Below, in pieces: positions 54,115-64,000 of a DNA stretch of 64,000 nt. A program made the translations under genes and the position numbers. Position 1 is the stretch's first letter, and the number at the start of each line of letters is the position of its first letter. The DNA lies in contig CAVWIP010000007.1 of NCBI GenBank assembly GCA_963755125.1, forward strand, positions 64,001 to 128,000, read 5' to 3'. Below the pieces are notes generated by a model. It was given only the letters and a program-made list of their open reading frames with translations, made no database searches and was not told where the DNA came from. The DNA is from an uncultured delta proteobacterium (GTDB taxonomy: Bacteria; Myxococcota_A; Polyangia; Fen-1088).

Positions 54115-55059
54115 CTAGCGCGTTTTCAGCAGGGCGCGAGGGTGGGAACGATCGTAGACGGCCATCAGGTGATCGATGTCGACCTGAGCATAGCGCTGGG
54201 TGGTGCGCAGGCTGGCATGGCCGAGCAGTTCCTGGATGGAGCGAAGATCGGCGCCTTCGCCGAGGAGATGGGTGGCGAAGCTATGGCGCAAGGCGTGGGG
54301 CGACACGCGACGGACGCCGGTATGGATCTCACGCCGATCCAGCTTGCGGCGCGCCTCGCGATCGCCCAGGCGCCGACCCCGCCGCGACAGGAACAGGGCC
54401 TCACCGTCGACCGACCCGGCCACGTGGCCGGCGAGCAGGGCACCACGCAACGGCAGGTACGCCTGGATCGCATCCCAGCCCTTGGACCCGAGCGGCACAA
54501 TGCGGTCTTTGCGGCCTTTGCCCTGGCGAACCGTGATGCGCGCGCCAGCGCCATCCGGTACCACGTCGGAGAGGTCCAGGTGGCAGGCCTCCGAGATGCG
54601 CAGGCCCGCGCCGTACAACACTTCCAGCAACGCCTGGTCGCGGGCGCACTCAGTAGCCTGGACCGCGTCGTCGCCCGCCGGTTCGAGCAACCGCGAGGCC
54701 TCGTCCTTGCCCAGGAAGGCGGGCAGTTGCGGCCGGCGCTTGGGTCCGCGCAGGCCCGCCACAGGACTGCCTGCAAGCAGCTTGCGTCGCACCAGCAGCC
54801 GGAAGAAGGTCTTCATCGCCGACAGCTTGCGGCCCACGGTGGCGGGATCGTTGCGGCCGTGCAGGCTGGCCAGATACGAACGACACACCTGGGTGGAGAA
54901 ATCCGTCGGGGTTAGCGCTGGCGGGGCACCCACGCCCCGCACGCTGCGGGCGTGGGCGAACAGCTCATCGAGATCGTTGAGGTAGGCCCGCAGGGTGTGG
55001 GCCGAGGCGCGCTTTTCGCTGGCCAGGTGCTGGCGAAAAAGCTCGAGCAGCGGTTCCAT
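54115..55059 (-). CDS. xerC: Tyrosine recombinase XerC
   Basis: [27 protein letters not shown] and TQRY. Canonical position upstream of hslVU. Confidence 0.88.
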   Translation of the reverse strand: MEPLLELFRQHLASEKRASAHTLRAYLNDLDELFAHARSVRGVGAPPALTPTDFSTQVCRSYLASLHGRNDPATVGRKLSAMKTFFRLLVRRKLLAGSPVAGLRGPKRRPQLPAFLGKDEASRLLEPAGDDAVQATECARDQALLEVLYGAGLRISEACHLDLSDVVPDGAGARITVRQGKGRKDRIVPLGSKGWDAIQAYLPLRGALLAGHVAGSVDGEALFLSRRGRRLGDREARRKLDRREIHTGVRRVSPHALRHSFATHLLGEGADLRSIQELLGHASLRTTQRYAQVDIDHLMAVYDRSHPRALLKTR

Positions 55060-55127
55060 CCCCTAGGATGCTAGCGCTGTCCCGATGAACGCGCGAATTA
55101 CATGGTAGCCTGAGTTTGGCACAGTCC

Positions 55128-56564
55128 ATGGCTTCAACTCCTCGCGATTTCCAGAGCGCCGACCGCCTCGATACCCACCGCAAGGCGCTCTACATCAACC
55201 TGGACGAGCGCCGCTACGGAACCTTTGCCGAGATCGGCGCGGGTCAGGAGGTGGCGCGCTGGTTCTTCCGGGTGGGCGGCGCCGCCGGCACCATCGCCAA
55301 GAGCACTTCAGCTTACGACATGGCGGTCAGCGACGCCATCTACGGCCACACCGAGCGCTACGTGTCGCGCGAGCGGCTGCAGCGCATGCTCGACTACGAG
55401 CACGAGAAGAACCTGACCCGGCTGAGCGCGGCCCGCGGCGAGAGCACCGCGTTCTTCGTGTTCGCCGACACGGTGGCGGCCAAGAGCTTTCGCAACGACA
55501 AAGACTGCCACGGCTGGATGGGGCTCAAGTTCCAGAGTCATCCTCGCGACGAGGAGAGCCAGATCGTGCTGCACGTGCGCATGTTGGATGGGGAAGCGCA
55601 GCTGCAGCAGGAGGCGCTGGGCGTGGCCGGCGTGAACCTGATGTATGGCGCCTTCTTCCTGCACCACGAGCCCGAGCTGCTGGTCGAGTCTTTGCTCGAC
55701 AATCTGTCCACCCGGCGCATCGAGATCGACATGATCGAGTTCTCGGGCATCGAGTTTCGCCACGTCGACAACCGCCTGATGAGCCTGAAGCTGGTGCAGC
55801 TTGGGCTGTCGCAGGCCGCCATGTTCAGCGCCAAGGGTGAGGTGCTGCAACCCAGCGAGGTTCTGCACAAGAAACCGGTGCTGGTGGAGCGCGGCACCTT
55901 CCGGCCCGTGACCAAGGTCAACATCGACATGCTCGAGTCCGCGCGTGCGAGTTTTGCCAAGGCGCTGGGCGAGCCCGATGACACCATCGTGGAGTTGGCA
56001 GAGATCACTATGCGCAATCTGCTCACCGAGGAGGGTGAGATCGATCCGCGGGATTTCCTGGCGCGCGCCGATGTGCTGGCGGCCGCCGGCAAGACGGTGC
56101 TCATCTCCGACTACTTCGAATACTATCGCCTGGCCACCTACCTGCGCCGCTGCACCCCAGAGGCCATCGCCATCGTCTTGGGCGCGGGCAGTCTGGTCCA
56201 GTTGCTCGACGAGAAGTACTACGGTGATCTCGGCGGCGGCATCCTGGAAGCGTTCGGCCAGCTCTTCCAGAAGAACCTGACCGTCTACGTGTATCCCTGG
56301 CTCGATCCGGCCAGCAACAAGCTCAACACCGTGTCGAATCTGGACGTGGCCCCAGAGCTGCGCAAGCTGTACGGATACCTGGTGGAGCGAGGCTCGATCG
56401 TGCAACTGGAAAACTACGATCCGCACATCCTCCACATCTTCACGCCCGAGGTGCTCCGCCGCATCAAGGATGCCGACGCGAGTTGGGAGGACATGGTGCC
56501 GCCCGAAATCGCCGAGGTGATCAAGCGCCGCGGGTTCTTCAACTATCGGCCGAGTTCGGCTTGA
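55128..56564 (+). CDS. Conserved protein with a NadD-like nucleotidyltransferase C-terminal half
   Basis: ERGTFRPVT (GxFxPxT-like) and IFTPEVLRRI...WEDMVPPEIAEVIK. Conserved-looking N-terminus YGTFAEIGAGQEVAR. Confidence 0.65.
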   Translation: MASTPRDFQSADRLDTHRKALYINLDERRYGTFAEIGAGQEVARWFFRVGGAAGTIAKSTSAYDMAVSDAIYGHTERYVSRERLQRMLDYEHEKNLTRLSAARGESTAFFVFADTVAAKSFRNDKDCHGWMGLKFQSHPRDEESQIVLHVRMLDGEAQLQQEALGVAGVNLMYGAFFLHHEPELLVESLLDNLSTRRIEIDMIEFSGIEFRHVDNRLMSLKLVQLGLSQAAMFSAKGEVLQPSEVLHKKPVLVERGTFRPVTKVNIDMLESARASFAKALGEPDDTIVELAEITMRNLLTEEGEIDPRDFLARADVLAAAGKTVLISDYFEYYRLATYLRRCTPEAIAIVLGAGSLVQLLDEKYYGDLGGGILEAFGQLFQKNLTVYVYPWLDPASNKLNTVSNLDVAPELRKLYGYLVERGSIVQLENYDPHILHIFTPEVLRRIKDADASWEDMVPPEIAEVIKRRGFFNYRPSSA

Positions 56565-56636
56565 AATCTCGACGGCGCTTGACGACCCTTGCCCGCAGAG
56601 AAGTTCTAGGGCGGGGGATCTGGTATCCTGGCGATC

Positions 56637-57422
56637 ATGTCCGCGCCGCTCGCTGCCGCCGGGGGCCCATCGACGGTCTGTCTGACCCTGGACCTCGACT
56701 GGGCGCCGGACCACGTGCTCGAGGACACGCGGCTTCTCCTGCAGCAGGTCGGTTTGCCCGTGACCATCTTTGCCACCCACCAGAGCCCGGGGGCGGCGGC
56801 CTTGCTGGCCTTGCCCGACTGCGAGACGGGCGTGCATCCCAATTTTCTGGGCGGCGCTGACCAGGACGCGGTGCTGACCAGGCTGCTGACTGCGTTCCCC
56901 ACAGCGGTAGGGGTGCGCAGCCACGAGTTGTACTTTGATTCACGCTTGCTGCCGCTCTTCCAGCGCAAGGGTGTTGGTTACTTCTCCAACGATCTCATGT
57001 TCCTGCATTCCGGGCTGGCGCCGTACTACGACTGGAGCGGACTTGTACGTCTGCCGCTCTTTTGGGAGGACGACGTTCACTGCCTCTACTTCGACGGTCG
57101 CTTCGACTGTGCGGCGCTGCAGCTCGATCAGCCCGGTTTGAAGGTGCTGAACTTCCACCCGGTGCACCTTTACCTCAACACCCGCGAGATATCGGACTAC
57201 CAGGCGGCCAAGCCGGTCCTGGCCGATCCGGCGGTCGCGCGCAATCTCCGGCGCGACGGCCCCGGCATCCGCACTCTGTTTCTCGATGTGGCAGGTCGGC
57301 TGCGCGGCGTGGAGATGCGGACGCTGGGCGCTATCGCCGAGGAATTTCGCGCGGCCCATGGCTTCGAGGGCCGCACCGCCGAGCGCTTCGCGGACGAGGC
57401 CCGCAAGGAGCGCACGGCGTGA
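56637..57422 (+). CDS. Polysaccharide deacetylase-like protein (WbmS-like)
   Basis: TLDLDWAPD, TIFATH, GVHPNF, RSH and NFHPVH. Confidence 0.8.
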   Translation: MSAPLAAAGGPSTVCLTLDLDWAPDHVLEDTRLLLQQVGLPVTIFATHQSPGAAALLALPDCETGVHPNFLGGADQDAVLTRLLTAFPTAVGVRSHELYFDSRLLPLFQRKGVGYFSNDLMFLHSGLAPYYDWSGLVRLPLFWEDDVHCLYFDGRFDCAALQLDQPGLKVLNFHPVHLYLNTREISDYQAAKPVLADPAVARNLRRDGPGIRTLFLDVAGRLRGVEMRTLGAIAEEFRAAHGFEGRTAERFADEARKERTA

Positions 57423-58474
57423 GTCGGCGCCGGATTCTGGTGACCGGCACGGGCGGCCCGCTGGGCAGCAACCTGATCCGCTCCCTGCGCGCGGCGCCCG
57501 AGTCGCTGGATCTCTTGGGGACGGAAGCCAACCGCTATCACGTCCCGCTCTCTCTGGCCGATCGCACCTTTCTCATTCCCCACGCGCGTGACACCGACGG
57601 CTACCTCGCCGCCTTGGCCCGCATTGTCGCCGACGAGGCGATCGATCTCATCCTACCCACCCACCCCGTCGAGGTACGCACCATCGCCTGCCACCGCAGC
57701 GCGCTGGGTGGCGTGCGCCTGTTCTTGCCCGATAGCGACGCCGTGCTGTGCGCGGACTCCAAGTGGCAAACCTTCCGTACCTTGCGCGCGGCGGGCGTGC
57801 CCGTGCCCGACACCTTTGCCATCGATGGCGAGGACGACCTGCGCGCCGCCTTCGCCGCCATCCCCACGCGCCCGGTCTGGGTGCGCGGTTCGGGCGCGCC
57901 CGGCATCGGCATCGGCGTGGCGTCCTTGCCCTGCCGCGAGGTCGTGCACGCCATCGCTTGGGTCGATCATTACCGCGGCTGGGGTGGTTTTGTCGCCAGC
58001 CGTTTCTTGCCCGGGCGCAACCTCACCTGGTGCAGCCTGTTCCACGACGGCAATCTTGTCGCGGCGCAGACTCGCGAGCGGCTGGAGTACGTGATCCCGC
58101 ATGTCAGCCCGAGCGGCATCACCGGCGCGCCTGCCGTCAGCCGCACCATCGCGTACCCTCAGGTGCGCGCCACAGGCGAGGCAGCCGTGCGGGCCTTGCC
58201 AGGAACCCCGCGTGGGATCTTCTTCGTGGACATGACCGAGGACGAAGCCGGCCAGCCGCGGGTCACCGAGATCAATGCTGGTCGCTTCGGCACGACCATT
58301 CACTTCTACACCGAGGCGGGCTGCAACTTTCCCTATTGGGCGTTGCGGCTGGCGTTCGGCGAAAGCATCCCCGGCGCGCCGCTCATCGATCCCATTGTGC
58401 CCGGCGTGTACTGGCTGCGCACCCTCGACTGTGGCCCGGTGCTGGCGCGCGATCTGGACGGGCCCGGCCAATGA
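57419..58474 (+). CDS. ATP-grasp protein (PylC/carbamoyl-phosphate-synthase-like)
   Basis: ILVTGTGG, CADSKWQT, FLPG, VD and TEINAGRF. GTGA overlap with the upstream gene. Confidence 0.85.
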   Translation: MSRRRILVTGTGGPLGSNLIRSLRAAPESLDLLGTEANRYHVPLSLADRTFLIPHARDTDGYLAALARIVADEAIDLILPTHPVEVRTIACHRSALGGVRLFLPDSDAVLCADSKWQTFRTLRAAGVPVPDTFAIDGEDDLRAAFAAIPTRPVWVRGSGAPGIGIGVASLPCREVVHAIAWVDHYRGWGGFVASRFLPGRNLTWCSLFHDGNLVAAQTRERLEYVIPHVSPSGITGAPAVSRTIAYPQVRATGEAAVRALPGTPRGIFFVDMTEDEAGQPRVTEINAGRFGTTIHFYTEAGCNFPYWALRLAFGESIPGAPLIDPIVPGVYWLRTLDCGPVLARDLDGPGQ

Positions 58475-59847
58475 CCGGGACACCTGCCGTCGTCATCTTG
58501 GACCTGGACGGCGTCCTTCTCGACCTTCACTTGGACAGCGCGCGGGTGCGCCGCAAGGTGAACGCCATCCTGGCTCCTACCGGTATCAGTGTCGAGGGCA
58601 AGGGCTTGCTCAGCGGCATCGAAGCGGCGTGCGCGGAACTTGGTGCACGCGACGCCGAGGCGGGCGCCCGCCTGGCAGCCCGCTTGTGGGCGGTGGTCGA
58701 CGAGGAGGAAACCCGGTGCGCCCCGGACTGCTCGATCCATCCCGGGGCACGCGCCCTGCTGGAGCGTCTCGACGGGCTTCCGCTCGCGCTGTACACCAAC
58801 AACCACCACGCCGCTGCGCTGGCAGCCCTGCGCGTTGTCGGGATCGATTCGGCGCGCTTTTTTGCCATCCAGGCGCGCACGGGTGCCACATCGATCAAGC
58901 CGGCCGCAGCACCGGTGCTCGCGATTCTCTCGGCGCCCGAAGCAGCCGCCGTCGAGCGTGTGTTCCTGGTCGGTGATCACCCTGCGGACATGGGTTCAGC
59001 CTTGGCAGCACGTCAGGCCGCGCCTGGGCCTGTGGTCGTCGCCATCGGGCACGCGCATTCCATGACTGATGTGCCGCGCTTGGAATTGGCCGGAGCGGAC
59101 TTCGTAGTCACTGAAGTCAGCGAGGCCGCGGACTTGGTTCGCGCCCCGCGCAGTCCGCACACCCTGTCCATGGTGCTGCTGGCCTGGAACGAGGAGGCAT
59201 CCATCGGGGCGGCCGTGCGCGACTGCCGGCGCGTCGGCCGCCTGTGGCTTTCCGGCTACGAGATCATCGTGGTCGACGACGGCTCTCGCGATGGCACCGC
59301 GGCCCAGGCCGAGGCCGCCAGCGAGGGTGACGTGCGGGTCGTGCGCCACGCGCACAATTTGGGTATGGGCGCGGCCATGCGTAGCGGATACGCCGCAGCC
59401 CGTTGCGAGTACATCGCTCACCTTCCCGCCGACCGTCAGGTCCGCCCGCAGTCGCTGCTGGCTTTCTTGCCGCGGGTCACGCCCGACACCACCGCGGTCA
59501 GCACCTACGTGGCGCCGCCCTCAGGCGAGCAGCGTCACCTCGTGTCGCTGGCTTTTCGGTTTGTGGTGCGGGCATTGGGCGGGCTGCGCGTGAACTTCGC
59601 CGGCACTTACGTCTTTCACCGGCACTGGCTCGATACGATCGCTCTGGCCACTGTGCGCAGCGAGACCTTCCTGTTCAGCTTCGAGTTGCTGGAGCGGTTG
59701 CGCCAGGCGGGCAGCCGCTTCGCCTCGGTCCGCATTCGTCCATTCGTGCGCGAAGTGGGACAGAGCCGCGAAGTGGCCTTGCGGCGGATGGTGCGCGTGT
59801 TCGGCGAGATTGCTCGCTACCGGATACGTAGCCTCACGTCGACCTGA
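58471..59847 (+). CDS. HAD-family hydrolase fused to a GT2 glycosyltransferase
   Basis: HAD motifs DLDGVL, TNN, KP and VGDHPAD. GT2 motifs LAWNEE, VDDGSRD and HNLGMGAA. ATGA overlap. Confidence 0.85.
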   Translation: MTGTPAVVILDLDGVLLDLHLDSARVRRKVNAILAPTGISVEGKGLLSGIEAACAELGARDAEAGARLAARLWAVVDEEETRCAPDCSIHPGARALLERLDGLPLALYTNNHHAAALAALRVVGIDSARFFAIQARTGATSIKPAAAPVLAILSAPEAAAVERVFLVGDHPADMGSALAARQAAPGPVVVAIGHAHSMTDVPRLELAGADFVVTEVSEAADLVRAPRSPHTLSMVLLAWNEEASIGAAVRDCRRVGRLWLSGYEIIVVDDGSRDGTAAQAEAASEGDVRVVRHAHNLGMGAAMRSGYAAARCEYIAHLPADRQVRPQSLLAFLPRVTPDTTAVSTYVAPPSGEQRHLVSLAFRFVVRALGGLRVNFAGTYVFHRHWLDTIALATVRSETFLFSFELLERLRQAGSRFASVRIRPFVREVGQSREVALRRMVRVFGEIARYRIRSLTST

Positions 59848-60028
59848 GGGATGCGCGGCGGCGGTGGCCGCGGCGGAGTGCCAGCGCGGCCGTGGAGCTG
59901 GCGGCTTTGGCGAAGGCGATCCCACAGACCGAGCGAAAGGGCCGGTCACGCCCAGGCAAGCGAGGAATTGCCATGGTCGTGGATGGCGCGGCTGCAGCCG
60001 CTGCCCGCAGCGCCATCCGCCGGTCAGG

Positions 60029-62459
<2,431 letters not shown>

Positions 62460-62470
<11 letters not shown>

Positions 62471-63350
62471 GTCGAATCACCTCGTATTGGTTGCCCGGGA
62501 TCCTGCAGAGCCAGCCGTCCAACTCGGCCTCGACGAGTGCCGCCATCACCGCCGGCAAGGGCAAGCCGATCTTTCGGCTGAGCGCGGCTGGCGTGGCCGC
62601 TCCCTCGCGCAGGGCCGCCACCAGCGATGCGACGGTTCCGGCCGGCGGCTGGTCCTGGTCCGAAGACGCAGGCCCACGTCCGTCCAGCACGTCCTCGACC
62701 TCGGCCGCCGAGCTGACGGGCCAAGCCTGTTCCCTTTGCAGCAGTGAAGCGGTGCCGGAACTGCCGGGAACCGCCAGCACCGGTCTGCCCAACGATCGCG
62801 CCAGAGCAGCGGTGATGAGCGCGCCTGAACGGTAGGCGGCCTCCACCACAATCACCGCATCCCCCAGCGCCGCGATGATGCGGTTGCGCGCGGGGAACTG
62901 GCCGGCGCGCGGCGGCGTTCCCAGCGCATACTCCGACAGCAGACCGCCTGTGGCCACGATACGCGAGAAGAGCGGGCCATGACGGTCGGGGTACGTCACG
63001 TCGACGCCACAACCGAGAACCGCGAAGGTTGGAGCGGCAGCGGCTGTCAGCGCTCCCTCATGGGCAGCGGCATCGATGCCGAACGCACCGCCGGAGATGA
63101 TGACGATACCCTTGCCAGACAGATCTCTCGCGAGCTCTCTCGCGCGCGCGCAGCCGGCGCCGCTGGCCGCGCGTGCACCCACCACGGCGACCGCACGCGC
63201 ACCGTTTGCTGGCACGCGACCGCGCACCCATAGGACAGCGGGCGCATCGGAGAGAGCCAGGAGTCGCTGCGGATACCCCTCGTCCCCGCGTACGATCTGG
63301 ACAGCAGCTTGACGTGTGTCCTGTTCTGGCGGCCTGCGCATGGGCAGCAT
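62460..63350 (-). CDS. dprA: DNA-processing protein DprA
   Basis: AVVGAR, ISGGAFGIDAAAH, FPARNRII and SGALITA. Start uncertain (63341, 63350 or 63398). Confidence 0.93.
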
Positions 63351-63488
63351 GATCTGTCTTGTCGGACGAGAATCACGCAGGTTGTCTGCCGCATGCATCG
63401 GGAAGGCAAGCTGATAGCGCCAGCCCGACGGAAGATCAAGCGGCGGCAGAAAAAGCCAAAGAAATCAAAGAGGTTGCAAGGGAGAGAC

Positions 63489-64000
63489 CTAGTAGCCTTT
63501 ACGCATCTCGGTGGTTTCGCCCACACGCAGCTCTTTTGAACTGCGTGCAATCCACGCCACCGAGGCGTTGTCGCGTACATCGATCACCCATAGCTCACCC
63601 ACCACTTCCTTGGGCGACTCCGGGTCCATGTACTCCCAAGCCTCCAGCATCCCTCGGTAGCCATCACCGCGCCTGACCACGAAATTGCGATTGCCAATCT
63701 GGACGCCATCGCGCCGGCCCCGGTTCAGGACCACGAAGCGCTCGCTGGCGAGAAACTCCTCGGCCGTGAATGCTGCCACCACGCGCGCCTCCAAGTTGAC
63801 GTCACTCGGGCGCGGCTCGATGCGCTTGAACTGCCGAATGGCGCTGCTGACCCGGGCACCGCGCTCGATGCCGTCGATCACGTCCGTGATCGTCCCGCGG
63901 GCGATGTCAGCGCCCGCGATCTGCTCGACCACGATGTCGCCGAGCACCTTGATCAGGTAGCCATAGACTTTGCCCGTATCGGGATCTTTGACCGGATGGT
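63489..64000 (-). CDS. C-terminal part of a TsaP-like (LysM-domain family) protein, truncated by the right edge
   Basis: HPVKDPDTGKVYGY...VVLNRGRRDGVQIGN...PKEVVGELWV. Position directly upstream of dprA. The LysM domain itself is not in the window. Confidence 0.65.
   Translation of the reverse strand, partial: HPVKDPDTGKVYGYLIKVLGDIVVEQIAGADIARGTITDVIDGIERGARVSSAIRQFKRIEPRPSDVNLEARVVAAFTAEEFLASERFVVLNRGRRDGVQIGNRNFVVRRGDGYRGMLEAWEYMDPESPKEVVGELWVIDVRDNASVAWIARSSKELRVGETTEMRKGY

Noticed and set aside
54115..55059. Tyrosine recombinase as a phage or island integrase
   Set aside because: Size, motifs and position before hslVU fit chromosomal XerC. No att repeats or phage genes were seen.
59848..60028. 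trmFO remnant or another copy of the palindromic element
   Set aside because: No GxGxxG/GSEAA-like translation and none of the element's end motifs. Only a GC-rich hairpin is present.

Overview
GC-rich chromosomal window from a myxobacterium-like organism (Myxococcota; inferred from the TIGR02266-type PilZ, DUF4388, FHA and PEGA proteins and the tsaP-dprA-topA order). It is mostly housekeeping and envelope genes: uvrA, greB, ferritin, cyclophilin, aroB, trpS, hslUV, xerC, topA and dprA. It also has a complete kdpFABC locus with a split KdpD, a KinB/AlgB-like sigma54 two-component pair, a visible -24/-12 promoter and phased enhancer-like palindromes. Two glycan-modification clusters (42-51 kb and 56.6-59.8 kb) and several GT-C-like membrane proteins are present. 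I saw no tRNA, rRNA, CRISPR array, transposase or prophage. The most unusual signal is a modular palindromic repeat with three copies (20.05, 40.23 and 54.01 kb) that show compensatory stem changes and nested modules. Two copies are multiples of 3 nt and sit in-frame in coding sequence, one of them in the HslV propeptide. Also notable are many apparently leaderless genes, three probable pseudo-enzymes, two sub-30-aa kdp peptides missed by the ORF track, and an orphan tandem four-helix-bundle sensor at the end of the kdp operon. All calls come from motif reading by eye; no database searches were run.
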